This document shows positions 33,832 through 46,504 of a stretch of DNA of 64,000 bases, one piece after another. The notes under the pieces were generated by a model that made no database searches, was not told the DNA's origin, and saw only the letters and a program-made list of their open reading frames with translations. Numbering within the stretch: position 1 is the stretch's first letter; each line of letters begins with the position of its first letter. The translations under genes were made by a program, and so were the position numbers. Origin of the DNA: Dudresnaya verticillata (taxonomy: Eukaryota); assembly GCA_977862235.1 (NCBI GenBank), contig OZ374559.1:2232001-2296000 (forward strand), given 5' to 3'.

Positions 33832-35958
33832 ATGCCGTCACACCCCACCACCACAACCACCACCACCACCACCACCACTACCACCACGGCCGCCGCGTCG
33901 TCCGCCGCGCCGTCCGCGGCCGCCGCGCTCCCGCTGCGCCGCGTATGGGGGTCGTCGCACCGGCACGACCGCCGCCGCTACTCGTTCACGTACGTGCTGT
34001 CCGCCGCGCCGCCGGGCGCAAACGGCAACGCCGACCACAACAACAACAACGACGACGACGACGACCGCGTATACTCCCCGTGGCACCACCTGGCCGGGCT
34101 GCGCTGGCGTCTGCTGGTGTTCCCGCGTGGCAACGGCTGCGACACGCACCTCTCGCTCTACCTGGACTGCGGCGGGCCGTCGCACTTGGCCCCGGACGAC
34201 GCCGCGGTCCCGCCGGCCCGCCCAGCCGACGAGTGGGCCCGCCACGTCGACTTCTCGCTGCGCCTGCCGCCGCTGTCCGCAGCGGCCGCGCGCCACGCCC
34301 TGCGCGCCGCCCCGCTCCCCGCTCCGTCCGACCTGGAGCGCTCGAACCTCGGAGAGCTCGTCAAGGACACCTCGCACGTGTTCAAGGCCGCCGCGCGTGA
34401 CTGGGGCTTTCTCGAGTTTGCCCCGCTTACCATGCTCCACCCCGGCCCGCATGCAGACCTGGATGGAAACGTCGTCCTCCAGGTCTGCCTCACCATGCAT
34501 GGCTCGCGCCCGGCGCAACGCATCCCACGCGCGGTCACAGGTTACGCTGGCATGCGCAACCACGGCGGGGCCGGCTTTGTCATCGCCCTGCTGCACACCT
34601 TGTTCTCCCTGCGCGCAGTGCGCCAAGCAGTGTATCAGATCGACGTCCCTCCCGAAAAGGAAATCAGCATCCGCTTTCACTACCTCACCTCTCTGAGCGA
34701 CGATGACGATGATGATACTGACAATGACAACGATGACGACGACGATGACGATGACGATGATGATCAACCCGGCAGCAACGACGACAACAGCAATCACAAC
34801 AGCAATCACAATAGCAACGAAACCAACAACGAAACCAACAACGAAACCAACAACGAAACCAACAACGAAACCAACATCGAAACCAACAGTGAAACCAACA
34901 ACGAAAACAGCAACGAATCCAACAACGAAAACAGCAGCGAAACCAACAACGAAGTCAACAACGAAAGTGATGGTGATGGCGACGACGGCGAGCAGCAGCA
35001 GCCAGACAATCCCTCCTTGTGTGACCAGGAAACTGAACTAGAAGAGAAGAAGAACAGCAAGGAGAAGAAGAAGCGCAGAAAGGACAAGGACCACGAGCAG
35101 TGCAGGGCCAAGCGAGCTTGCTTCGCGTTGCAGGTACTGTTCGCCGACCTGCACTACTCCGGGACGTGGGTGCGGTACGGGCGCATTGCGCGGATGCTGG
35201 GACTGGACCTGAGCTCTGACCTAGGGCCGCACGCGAAGGCGGGGTACTCGGAGACGCGTCTGCTGCTTTTCGAGGCGCTGCGGCAGCGGGCAGCGGAGAC
35301 TGGCGGGGTGAGCGCGACCAAGGTATTCGAGGGGCGGTTGCGCTCACGGGGCGGGGCGGGGGTAGCGGCAGCGGGGCAAGACGGGCGCGAGGAGATGTTT
35401 GACCGGATCGTGCTGGAGTTTGACGAGAGCTGCCAGGACGTTGACGCGGCGCTGGAGCGCTTCGCACAGACGCACGAGGTGTTAGAATGGCCGGACGTGC
35501 TGGAGCTGACGGTCGGGCGTGTGCGGGTCGGGGCGGATGGGGCGGTGAAGCGGGACGGGCGATTCAGGTTTAGGGAGCGGGTGAGCGTGGGGGTGGGAGG
35601 GGGTGCGGCGGAGGTGGGGTACGTGCTGCAGGCGGTGGTGTCGCACCGCGGGCGGGTGGAGGAGGACGAGGTTGGGGTGTACGCGCGGCCGGATGGGGTG
35701 GACGGGCGAGGCGCGGGCGGGGGCCGGGCGGAGTGGGTGCGGTGGAGGGGTGAGAACGTCGAGCGCGTGGATGAGGACGAGGTGTGGCGGCTGCAGGGCG
35801 GGGCAGACGCAGCGGAGAACGCGGTGGTGCTGCAGTACGTCAAGGCGCGACGGGCGCAGGAGATTGTCGGTGGGCTACGGCGCGGGGAGGTGCCGCGGAC
35901 GGTGGTGGAGCTGGTGCGGTGTGAGCGGTTGGGGGAGGGCAGTGTAGAGGGAGGATAG
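33832..35958 (+). CDS. MATH + USP (peptidase C19) domain protein, USP7/UBP12-like, predicted catalytically inactive
   Basis: MATH: SPWHHLAGLRWRLLVFPRGN..HLSLYLD..HVFKAAARDWGFLEF. Cys box TGYAGMRNHGGAGFVIALLHTLF; His box YVLQAVVSHRGRVEEDEVGVYARP. The likely start is ATG 33832 rather than 32974. Confidence 0.87.
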   Translation: MPSHPTTTTTTTTTTTTTTAAASSAAPSAAAALPLRRVWGSSHRHDRRRYSFTYVLSAAPPGANGNADHNNNNDDDDDRVYSPWHHLAGLRWRLLVFPRGNGCDTHLSLYLDCGGPSHLAPDDAAVPPARPADEWARHVDFSLRLPPLSAAAARHALRAAPLPAPSDLERSNLGELVKDTSHVFKAAARDWGFLEFAPLTMLHPGPHADLDGNVVLQVCLTMHGSRPAQRIPRAVTGYAGMRNHGGAGFVIALLHTLFSLRAVRQAVYQIDVPPEKEISIRFHYLTSLSDDDDDDTDNDNDDDDDDDDDDDQPGSNDDNSNHNSNHNSNETNNETNNETNNETNNETNIETNSETNNENSNESNNENSSETNNEVNNESDGDGDDGEQQQPDNPSLCDQETELEEKKNSKEKKKRRKDKDHEQCRAKRACFALQVLFADLHYSGTWVRYGRIARMLGLDLSSDLGPHAKAGYSETRLLLFEALRQRAAETGGVSATKVFEGRLRSRGGAGVAAAGQDGREEMFDRIVLEFDESCQDVDAALERFAQTHEVLEWPDVLELTVGRVRVGADGAVKRDGRFRFRERVSVGVGGGAAEVGYVLQAVVSHRGRVEEDEVGVYARPDGVDGRGAGGGRAEWVRWRGENVERVDEDEVWRLQGGADAAENAVVLQYVKARRAQEIVGGLRRGEVPRTVVELVRCERLGEGSVEGG
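34700..34965 (+). repeat. Coding low-complexity tract: poly-Asp and 12-bp (AACAACGAAACC)n encoding NNET repeats
   Basis: Directly visible and in frame within the USP domain. Confidence 0.9.
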
Positions 35959-36391
35959 TAGGGATAGGAGTGAGTGAGGAGAACAAGCACAAGTCGATCG
36001 TGTTGGTCGAAGTTGTTTTCCTCTCTCTCTGTTCGCGTCGCCACGCGGCCACGTGGGCACGTCGATTACATGTCCACGTGGACAAGTGGTGCATTGCTGG
36101 GCCACTCGGATTGAGCCAATCAAGGGCTGCCATCTGGCGGCTTTGCGGGGGCAACGCTTGGTGGGCCGCGATTGGTTGACGAAAACATCGCACGTGCTTG
36201 ATCGCGGACGTCCACCTTCACAGAGAAAGAGAGAGAGAGATATGCACTTTACTCTGCGAGATAGAAGAGTGGCTTTGTCTGCAAAGCAGCACCTACGCCA
36301 CCAACGACCAACTTGGTCTTCATCCTTGGAGTTGACAGCACGTCTCTAAACAAGCGAGCAGAACGAGAAACTTGATACGTGCCTAAGCCAT

Positions 36392-36985
36392 CTATTGGTA
36401 CTCGCAAACACCTACAGGTTCCCAACTGGGACCGCAGAACCTGTCCAAGCACGGGATAAGATTGTTGAACACACATCCAAGGGAGTCCGCCGGGCACGGC
36501 GGGCAAGCACGCTCCACACACTCCTTCTTCATGCCGCACTCGACAGACACAGCCGCGTTGACAGCACACGCGTTAAAGTCGTCCGCCCCCTGGCAACTCC
36601 ACATCTTATCGCACCCACTAAGGTCAAGATACTGAACGCCATCGCCATCACAAACATACTTGCCCTCCCTCAACGTCCCCAAAAACGGGTCTCGCTTCAG
36701 CGCAGCCACCACCGACCGCGCCTGCCCCTTCACGCGCACGCGCGCACGCGCCTGCGGGTGGCGCTGGTACGCCGCGCGGCCCCACGGCACGACGGCGTGC
36801 ACGCGGGCGTGGCGGCGCGTCCACGCGGCCACGGCCGCGCCGGTGGCCAGCGCGGTGGCCAGCACGGCCAGCGCCAGCGTGGACGCGGTGTAGCGGAGCG
36901 CGGGCTTGGGCGCGACGCGCGCCACGCAGGACTGCGGCTGCGCGGGCGCGGCGTCGATCGCGTGGTACCCTGTGGCGGCTTCCAT
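36392..36985 (-). CDS. Single-pass (type II-like) membrane protein with Cys-rich C-terminal domain, 197 aa
   Basis: Hydrophobic segment TLALAVLATALATGAAVAAW and about 12 Cys in the last ~85 aa; convergent with the MATH-USP gene. Confidence 0.6.
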   Translation of the reverse strand: MEAATGYHAIDAAPAQPQSCVARVAPKPALRYTASTLALAVLATALATGAAVAAWTRRHARVHAVVPWGRAAYQRHPQARARVRVKGQARSVVAALKRDPFLGTLREGKYVCDGDGVQYLDLSGCDKMWSCQGADDFNACAVNAAVSVECGMKKECVERACPPCPADSLGCVFNNLIPCLDRFCGPSWEPVGVCEYQ

Positions 36986-37312
36986 GGAGACGAGCGTTGA
37001 GGCGGGCGGGTCGGGCTTTTTGTGCTTGCTTGGTGCGGTTGCGGCGCGCGGGCTGGCTTGCTTGGTGCTCGAAGGCGCTCGGCTTGACGTGCGGAGGGGT
37101 CGAGGCGGGGGTGGCGCGGGTCGCGGGCGCGTGGCAAAGTTGGTGTTGGTGTTGTGTGTGCGGGCGGGTTTGCGTCCAGTCCAAGGTTTTTCCCTTCGCG
37201 CGAGGTCGCGGTGGGGACGGATGCAGTTTTGCGCGAGTATCGGTGTATTCGCAATACCGTCGGGATATCTATTCTGTGCTGTATGTTACAAACGTGGCGG
37301 TGGGTGTCACAC

Positions 37313-37405
37313 CAGGTAGTCCAGGCCTTCCAGTAGTCATCAGCGGCTAAGTCATTAGGGTTTCCGCTGTTCGTCTTGCTTCAATAAAGTTGTGATGATG
37401 ATGAT
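37313..37405 (+). mobile_element. Short (TGA)n-tailed retroposon 3' end with TSD
   Basis: Ends AATAAAGTTGTGATGATGATGAT. TSD GGTGTCACAC at 37303-37312 and 37406-37415. Confidence 0.88.
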
Positions 37406-37729
37406 GGTGTCACACAACTTCTAGCGGGCCAATGGCACTCTGTACTCAAACATTGGAAGCACCTTCATTGCACCTTCGACAAACGTCTGTTGCGTCAGAT
37501 TTGGTAGTCAGCCAATCCCTCCCTGCTGAAGAGATATTTATTGTGCATTTGGAGAGGACATCATTCTAACGTGATGATATGACTAGCTTGGGTGAGGACT
37601 GAACAATACTACTTATTGAACAGATTTAGCCCCATGTATCCGTCTGGTTCTTGTCTACGCCCAAATTCTTGTCCAAGTCTCTCACTGCAGAAGCCAATAA
37701 ACAAACCTTCGGCCGAGTTACACAACACC

Positions 37730-38647
37730 ATGGTGAAGGGACACGAAAACGGAGAAAAGCCCCAAGCCGGGAGAATCGACAAACCCCACGGGTCGCGCAG
37801 AGCGGAAGGTCTCGCGGTGATGACAAGAGCTTTCCTTAGTCTTTTGAACAACGCCCCCAACAAGACTATTCTCGTTAAAGATGCATGTGATCAGCTCGGA
37901 TTTCGTGTCCGCCGCCTCTACGATATAACGAACGTTCTGATTAGAATCGGAGCTCTCAAGGAATGTAGAAGAGGTTTATTAATGCTGGATGAAAACTTTG
38001 CAGCGGCCTATTTATCCAATTCTCGTGTTAGTTCCAGCCTTCAGCACCAGACAATGGCTACGGGGGCCAGCCAAGATATTCCGACGATAGCTTCGGAACC
38101 CAACCTACATGACCAAAATGTTTCGACCATGGAAAGGGTGAGGATTCTGGAGCAAAACGTTGGCAGCCTGCGTCAGCAATCAGACCTGGCCTACAAGAAG
38201 TTGAAATCCTATCAACTACGCCTCCATGGATTTTATCGGCTCGACCCGATTCGATATCTTCTACCGGAAGCGGGAAGAGAAATTGCAGAGAGTATTCCGG
38301 GAGATCACGTGATAGCAACCAATGTACAGATGGACTCGAGTGCGCCCATGCTCGTCGCGCGCCTAGGTGGCCCCGGGGAGGAAGGTCAATGGAAAATTTC
38401 ACTTCCTCGTCCGCATGGAGTTGTTGCCGCCATTCCGGTAATGCATGCGATTCCAGAACCTCTGGAAAAACAGGAGCTGCCTGTGGAGCTAGAAGGGAAT
38501 TGCCCATCTCCAAATGTTGCAGACGAGGAGTCTGATAAAGATTTCGCATCGTTGGTACTCTCCGAGGAAGCCAACTGTTCTGGTAACATACCCCATGATA
38601 TTAACGTCTACGAAAATACAGAAGTAGGCTTGGGAAGAGTTAAGTGA
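37730..38647 (+). CDS. E2F: Divergent E2F-family transcription factor
   Basis: RRAEGLAVMTRAFLSLL..VKDACDQLGFRVRRLYDITNVLIRIG is a winged-helix domain with the RRxYD signature, followed by a heptad segment and an acidic tail. Start at ATG 37730 (alternatively 37635). Confidence 0.85.
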   Translation: MVKGHENGEKPQAGRIDKPHGSRRAEGLAVMTRAFLSLLNNAPNKTILVKDACDQLGFRVRRLYDITNVLIRIGALKECRRGLLMLDENFAAAYLSNSRVSSSLQHQTMATGASQDIPTIASEPNLHDQNVSTMERVRILEQNVGSLRQQSDLAYKKLKSYQLRLHGFYRLDPIRYLLPEAGREIAESIPGDHVIATNVQMDSSAPMLVARLGGPGEEGQWKISLPRPHGVVAAIPVMHAIPEPLEKQELPVELEGNCPSPNVADEESDKDFASLVLSEEANCSGNIPHDINVYENTEVGLGRVK

Positions 38648-40133
38648 AAGCCTGGGACAATTGGACGCAGACAAAATTTTCGACTCGATCTTCAATGAAG
38701 AAGGACCTGCGGACCCGACTTGACTATGTCCGAGAACTATGAAATTAGGAATCAAGCCCCTTCAGCAAATAGTTTGCCAGGCTAGTAAAGAGAGTTTGGC
38801 ACTCTTTACTTCTGCGACTTCGTATTTAACGTTGTAAGAATGATCCTCACTTCGGTTAACTACTGGTCTCTTATGTTGAAACGATACTATTAAACCCATG
38901 CCACCAATGGAGCGTTGCGCCACCGAAAACCCGCAGCCATGGACTCCTCCATTCGACCTAATTTCTCAATAGCTCAAGCGTCCCTCTAGGATGGTACGCG
39001 ATACCAGTGTGCAGGGAAATTAGACCATATTTCCCTCGCGGGACCGCCATAAACACCCCCCTCCGGCAGTCGTTTGATGTCTCTATGGTGAGCCCCTACC
39101 ATCCATCTACAATTTCCGGTACGCCTTGCTCTCAATATCAAGTTATTCACAGCCGCGAGCAAGCTGTAGTCCTTCCTATGGATAAAGGTCTCCATTCCTT
39201 GTTCTCCAATTCATAGTGTAGCTCTCAGCGTCAATTGACGCAAACTGCCCTCCCCTCTATTGAGTGGCAGTCCTTAAGCTCCCTTATGGAACTTCTTGCT
39301 ATTCCTATGATATTATTCCAGAGTAAAAGTCACCTCCTTCTATTTTGCATGATCACACCCTTATCTGCCTTCTTGCACAGGCTTCTTCTATTCTTGACTT
39401 TATCTGCACGGCTGGCAACAAACTTGGATTTACCGCAGTCCTTAAGCTCCCTTATGGAACTTGTTGCTATTCCTGAGTAAAATTCGTCTCCTTCTATTAT
39501 GCGCTCTCTCTCTCTCTCTCTCTCTCTGTTGGTTCTCTTTCTCTTCGCTCTTGGCGCTTTCTTGTCCTCGTTGTCCGAAGTTCTCGGGCGCTTCTGTTTC
39601 TGACGTGCCCGATTCCGCCAGAAACTCTCGTGCCCTCTCCACCCGCCCGCGGAGGCGGTCGAGTGGTGCAGTGGTTCACCGCTGCGCCGTTGATTCCGGG
39701 AAACCGAGCTCGACTCCCGCCCGGTCCCATGGTTCTACATTTTTCTCAAGGATTTTTCCCCACCGGGGTTGTTTTCCCATTCTTCTCATTGTTATCCCGC
39801 TGTTGTCGCGGCTCAGATAGCACTGTAATGAATAAACTTACTGTTGGGGTTTTTTTGGTGGTTGATGAAAGCACGCGGTTCTTTTGACACACTGCTTGGA
39901 CTTGCCGACTCAGAAGTTTTTGCTTCAGACTTTTGCGGCCTGCCTCCCTTTCTCTAAGAGAGTCGAGAGCAGACCTCCTTTATAGAATTCTAGTAGTTAG
40001 AGAAAGCTCCATGGAACTTACTAAAACTAGCACTTAATCTATAGACTGAGTAAAAGACTACAATAAAGACTAACGCGTTTGTAGATTGAAAATTCATTAA
40101 AAAATGCTGAGGTCAGCTGCTATTATGGCGCTT

Positions 40134-40734
40134 TGTAATTTTCCCACTGTGCAGTTTTGTTACTGTTTGTAACAGCTGTGGCACACAGCGGGCACTGTAG
40201 TTGACGCAGACAATGTTAGATGGCAGCCAGATCATTTGGTATGATAGCAAACCCGACAGTCAAGATAGGACGCATGATTTGGCGCAATTATGCGACAATA
40301 ATCGCGGGAAGCTGTTTGCACGCCAGCGCGGCGGACGAGGGCCGACGGCGGGTTCGATCGGCTCCCGCCTTGACAGAAGGCCTATATAAACCTGCTCCAC
40401 TCCAGTCGAGGAGTGGGGGCAACGAGCACGGTGCCCACCAGACTTGCCAGCGCCCGAGCGCCTCTTCCCAGATCCCTACAGTGCCAACCGAGCTCCGGTC
40501 GCCACAGGGCACGCACGTGATCGCCGCGCCGCACAGTACCCATCACGCATGGAGCTGGCTGGACTGCCTTCAGGTTACGGGTGTAGGCCGTTCTAGTGTA
40601 ACATACAGTATATATCTGGTTGGTAGGGCGTGTGCCTGTAAATGGGCACTAGTCGCCCGCGCAACCGCACACGTTAAAGATTTAATAAAGTACATCACAT
40701 CTCATCTACGCATCCGGACTCTAAGTCTGCTACA
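40134..40734 (+). repeat. Probable LTR (solo or fragment)
   Basis: TATATAAA at 40383, AATAAA at 40684, ends ..GTCTGCTACA, with multiple TGT-starting modules at its left end. Left boundary and TSD unresolved. Confidence 0.55.
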
Positions 40735-40759
40735 TTCACCTCCCTTACACATGTAGCCA

Positions 40760-43230
40760 TTGATTTCCTCAGCTTAAGTGCCCCCTTGATGGCCACCGTC
40801 GATCTCGCTAACTACACCGCGATAGATCAGTTCGCGGCTAGTCTGGCGCAGTTGCCAGCTGTTCACGGTTTACTTCCGCTGTTTCGCCGGGGAACCCAGT
40901 TCGGCGGTGTCATTGGCCTCTTATCGCTTTTCTCCGACCCTTCCGCCCATTTCATCTCTCCCGCCGCTGCTCCCGCCGCCTCTTCCCCGGATTCGCCTCG
41001 ACCCTATCTCGCCGCCCTATCCGCTCACCTGCCCAAACGTCCTGTCGGCCAGCTTCCTATGCTTGGACGTCATGGAAATCAAGCTCCCACACATCCGTCT
41101 CAACAGCCTATCTCTCGTCGCCTGGAGAGTGATGTCCGCCGCACTAACCGCACCCTCGTCGGCTCACACGCTAAGCGCTTTGTTAAGGTTTCCACTGCCG
41201 CCAACGCTAGTCCTTTCGACTCCACCGCCCACTTCCGCTCTGGCCTGAAATTCGGGGGCTTTCCTGGGCCTTGTTCAATAATCACCACCGATATTGCACG
41301 AGATTTCTACTTTATGCAGGGGCCACAGACCCTCCTCATATTGCTCCTGCGTATACTACATATCGGGACTCGCGAAGGATGCTGATACTGTTGTCATCCC
41401 GACCATTTCGGTATCGCCGGTCCTCGATTTAGCTACCTCCGTGACTGATTTAGACGATATCGCAGCCATTACTACCTCTCTTCGCCCCTAAATCACCCGG
41501 CTTGAAGCCCCTGATTGTTCTTGGCGCCCTGCTCCCTTCTTCTCCGAAACACTGCGCCATGTCGAAAGCTCTCTCTTTTATAAGCTGGTCACGGCTGGTT
41601 GGGCGCAACGGAGTCATGCGTTCCCGCTTCGCGAGATTCCACCGGCCGTCAAGCGACATCGGTACGGGTTACCCCGATCTCGTTCTGTCTCGTCCTGCCT
41701 GGAGATCCTGTCCTCGATTCGGATGGGTTGCAGCTGGTTCGTCGCTCGAATCTTGATGCTGTAGATGCCCCGGCCTTGGTTTCTCGCCGTCCTGAAATCT
41801 CGAACCCTTCGCCCTCCAATGACTGTCCTGGAGACATCCCCGTGGACACAGCACCTGCACTCGTTCTTTCCAGCCACCACACCAATTACCTTTCCCACTA
41901 TGGGTGCTTGTCCTCCTCTGGATGCTATTTGTCATACCCATATTCCTACTCAGACATACATCCCAACTCTTTACGAATACCTGTAATCGATCTCTATTAC
42001 TACCTGTTACATGCATTTAATTGTGCAAACACTTTTTTCTCCAATACCAGGCATTTAAGCGTCTTCTTGCCACTCTGAAGTTGTTACTCCGCAAAAATGG
42101 TCGGCACGAGCCTCGCAACCGCAACAACCGCTCCTTTCACAACAGTATTAGCCGTCCAGTCCATCTGGCCATGCGCGGTGAATGGACTCAGTTATATTCT
42201 GAAGCTCAAGTTGCACACATACGTTCACGCCTGCCACCATATCACTTTCCTTCCGTTGCGGAGCTTCGCTTGAGACGCTGTCGTAATGCTTTCAGGGATG
42301 GCTCCTTATCTAAAGCCTGTGGGATTCTGACCGAGGATTCGGTTCCTGCTCAACCCGCAGCACTCAACACCCGTCTGCTTCAATATTTACATCCCGCTCC
42401 GAAACGCCCTGTTATTCCTCTTGATTCCATGCAGCTCCCCCTGAGCTTCAATTTGAAGAGGCTGAAGTTCGCAAGGGTTTACGCTCCATACCAAGAGCCT
42501 CTTGTCCTGGCCGTGATAGCCTTCGTCCCTCTGTCTTCAAAATCCTAGCTTCTACGCCGGGTGGTTCCGATCCGTCGCGGTCTGTGCTGGCACAGCTAAC
42601 GTTTTTTGTTAACCATGCCGTCAATGGGCACTTGCCAGCAGCCTGGCATTCATTTCTAGCTGGTGGCACTCTTATCGGCCTCCCTAAGTCTAACAACTCT
42701 CGGTTGCGTCCTATAGCCGTTTCATTGCTTCTTAGGCGTTTTATCAGTCGCATAATTGTCTTTAAGGTCACTCGTGATGCTGTATTGCAATCCTACCTCT
42801 GCCCTCTTCAACTTTCTCTAGGAGTGTTCGGGGGTGCAGAAACGATCATACATGCTTCACGCCATTTAGGGACTCGACGACGTGATTTAGACATGGTACT
42901 CGTGAGCGTGGATGCTGCGAATGCATTTAATGCCATCGAGCGAAGCTTGATACTCTCAGAAGTGGTACTGCATTGCCCCGGTCTGGCAAAATGAATCCAT
43001 TTGATATACGGCCGTGACTCCGTACTACACTTTGAATCATTCCTTGTCCACAGTTGATCTGGCACTCATCAGGGTGATCCACTAAGCCCTCTATTGTTTG
43101 CATTAGTCTTGCAACCTCTCTTGTGTCTCCTTCGTACCCGTTTCTCTATGCCTTTGCAAGTATTCTTCGCCGATGATGGAACTCTTCTCCTGCCTCGCAG
43201 CATCCTCGGTTCACTTCTTTCTTTCCTCTA
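40760..43230 (+). mobile_element. CRE-clade non-LTR retrotransposon, 5' region and RT, degenerate
   Basis: RLRPIAVSLLLRR, PLQLSLGVFGGAETIIHA, VSVDAANAFNAIER, GTHQGDPLSPLLFAL, FFADDGT. Several stops and frameshifts; cut off at ~43230. Confidence 0.87.
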
Positions 43231-44790
43231 GTGATTCGCGTACATATTGGGGACCTGTCGCGCTTTGATGTAGAAACCGCGAAGCCATTCCGTGAATCGC
43301 TTCCAGTTTGTGTGGAGTTATATAGAAACGAAACGAGCCGGGGTCTATTATCACTCCAAGATGTTCCATTCGCGTGGCACCGGGGCCCCGTACCCCCTTG
43401 CCCGGATGATTCAGCATTCCAAGTTTTTCAAAAAGGTTGTCGGGGACATGATATATAGATGACAGTGTTCGGGCGTGCTTGAACACGTTTCGTTCCCAGG
43501 GGCTATAAGATAGTCGTCTATCCACACCAAGGCCCGCAGTTCCATCTTTTCCCTCATCTATCCTGTTAAAGTGCTTAGTATGTGGCAGAACCAGTATCAG
43601 CTGCGTGTCCAACCGCACGGGAGAGCTATTCAGAGGTAGTACTGTCTGTTGTAACGAAACAAAAACCAATCCCACATACGTGAATGTAGTCGAAAATGAC
43701 GGTATCTCGATTTCCAGTCGAACGACAAAAGGCGGTCTCCCTGTACTAAGCAGGATGCAAAGGAACTTCGTGAATCCATCTGAACGGAACGCTTCCGGCA
43801 ATGCTGACTCTGTTTTTTTGAGATTGATGGCAAACCGAGGTTTCCTCCTTTGCCCCTCTACAAATGCAGATGATACCAGCTTGATTTTCTTTACGCACCA
43901 CTTGGCGTATTTTTGACTGATCAATTGGTAATAGTCCAAATTGCAACCTTCTTCGAGGTCCTCGGTTGCAAAACGAAGGTCCTCTGAATATTTGGGTATT
44001 TGTGGAAGTATTGAACCCTCGGTAAATGGAATATCTGGGGGGTCCCAGATGCCGAACTGTAGGAGGCCGGTGATATAAGCTGTGGCTGCGATCATCTTCC
44101 ACGCAAGGGATTTCTTTTGAGTGTGGAACAAACGGCCCTGGGACCACTACTGAATCCACGAGGAGGGTTCGACCATGACTAATGCGAGCCATTGTTTACG
44201 ACTACTTCGTTTTTGCGGAAATCCCTTTCGTATCCGCGTTACCAACCTCCTGTTTAGCCAGTGCTTTGGGTGTTGTCTGAACCAAGTCGTCCAACTGCGG
44301 CGCAACTGCAGGACCGTTCCCCAAAACAGTTTTAACGCATCGCCAAGTCCTCCTTTGCATATTCCAAAGACAGGAAGACGTTTTTAAGGAGACGTGCTTG
44401 TTTTGCTGCATCAGCCTCAACCTCGGCCAAGTCAGATGCTTCGAGAGCCTGTTCGACCCAGGCCCCGGCTGAATTAATGTATTCCAGTTCTTTGCCGTTG
44501 CGACGGTCTTTGCGGTAGGTCTCGCGGTACGTTACCGTCTCTGGTTTAAAGTGCCCTGTCTGATTAGGTTGTACGAACCCCGACCGGGGCCAAAGCAGTT
44601 CTCGTCCGGCGAGTTGGAGAGCACTAAGGCGATTAATAACGTCAGTGTAGTCAGTCGCTTCGGGACTGAGAAACGTATCTGTTGGTCGAGCATTACTCAT
44701 GTTCTGAAGGTTCACACTGTAAATTACCAGTGTCTCCTTTCGATTCAGAGATCAACTCTGAAGAGAAAGGACGGAACTTGGTAGCTACTG
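43230..44790 (-). mobile_element. DIRS/Ngaro-type (tyrosine-recombinase) retrotransposon relic: gag-like region and RT
   Basis: KPRFAINL, LLSFDWKSRYRHFRLH, ALPCGW, LVWIDDYLI, MEHLGVIID..FYITPHK. The recombinase itself was not seen. Confidence 0.72.
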
Positions 44791-46504
44791 TGCTACCATC
44801 TCAACATGGATACTGGGGTAACCCCTGCCATCACTTGGACCAAACCTTCGTAAACTTGTTTACGAAATCTATCCAAATCCGCACACTAGTGCGTTCTGTT
44901 CAGCGGAAGAAAGCGAGGGGACATAATAAAAGGTTACCATTTTCAAATGGGTCAGGAGAAAGGAGTAACAATCCCCAATATCTTCAGTAAACGTTGTCAT
45001 CAAATTTAGGAACATATCATCGAACTTGGCTTCTGAAACTGACCTTCTTTCAGTAAGGCAACGCTCGGGCCACATCAAACCCCAAGTTCATTTCCACATT
45101 ATGAAACTGGACCACAGTCTTCATCTCATGCTTCAAGATTTCTGGCTCCCGAGAGATAGATTAATACTACTATACTGTACTGCCTGGGATCTCTCTCCGG
45201 GGTTGCACCTGCTCGTTTCCGTGAGGGCCAGCACTCAATGCCCATAACTGAGCCAAGGTCTCGGAAGTCAAACAGAAAAGTGTGTTTCGAGGCATGTGGA
45301 AATGGTTTTATGTCGAAAGCGGGATGAGTTGGACGAAAGGCGGCTGGAAGTGTATCAAGGCGTTAATCCGGATTGGAGACAGCGAGCGAAATTCACGAAA
45401 TTCTGAAAACTTTTCGATCTCGCACCCCGCTTCGAAAAGCAACATGATTTTACCATACCACGCGAACTCACGTAGCTGGGAAAAGCCATTAAAGACCACG
45501 ATAGCCCTACCGTTGCCATAGAATAATTATTTAGGGCTCCGAGAGATAACTGCCAGCGTTGCGAGTATCTCAAACTTGTGATATAAATACGAACCAGAGC
45601 ATCTCTCTAGTGTGGAGCACAAGTACCACCAATGACTAAGTCGCTATCATGGGAATTTTCAGATGCGACTAAAGGGCAAATCCATGATTGTACCTTACTC
45701 TTCTGCATGGAAATATTGCATGTAGTAGTTCAAAACGGTAAGAACGGGAGCGACCAATTCGACTATGGGAGTGTGTATTAAGTGTGCGCGGTGCACCGGT
45801 GTTCAATATTAACTATCGCGGATAGGATGTTAAGTGTCCCAGATACGCCAAGTGTCACGGTATCGTGGACGAAAAGTGCAGCGGTGGGATGCGCATCGCC
45901 GTTGAACGCAAAGGCGCAGCTGCATCCAATCGAGAGATGCACTTTTTCAGCGAAATGCTATTATGCAAGAGAGAGATGTGGAACTTCACGGTAGGGTCTA
46001 GAGTATCCAATTGATGCAATGATTTCAGCCAGTACATTTCTCATTGGGTGATTGCAGTTCGTTCAGCAGTGCGGTCCAATGATGGGCCGATTTGCATTTA
46101 TTTCGAGATCAACCAATCACATGTCATGTCCCACTATTTTTCTGCCGGCCTGACTTGCAGCAACGTCTTTACTCCTCAATAAAGTTCCCCCTTCTCTCTA
46201 CTAGTAATATGGACAAGACGAACAGGGGTAGCTTCCGGCAAACCCTTTCTCCTATTACGACAGGTCAGCAGTAATGTTTAGTCCCCACTTGCGGGACTCC
46301 AGCCCCTTCTTGGCTTTCAATAAAGGTTCGCTCTGATTCCATTATAATATATAACTACTTTCTCCCAGAAAAGGGAGGAACAACTCCAAAAACAATGCGT
46401 TCGATCAAGTCCCGCGAGTGCGTGTTGATGATCGGGGATTGTATCTAAACTTGTACCCTTGATGGATACCGTGTTATAGAGTTATTGCATGGCATGCATG
46501 CAAT

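Noticed and set aside
38900..39300. Degenerate repeat sharing TTCCTATG(G/C)ATAAAGGTCTCCAT with ~61636
   Set aside because: Probably an old TE relic, but no diagnostic motif to classify it.
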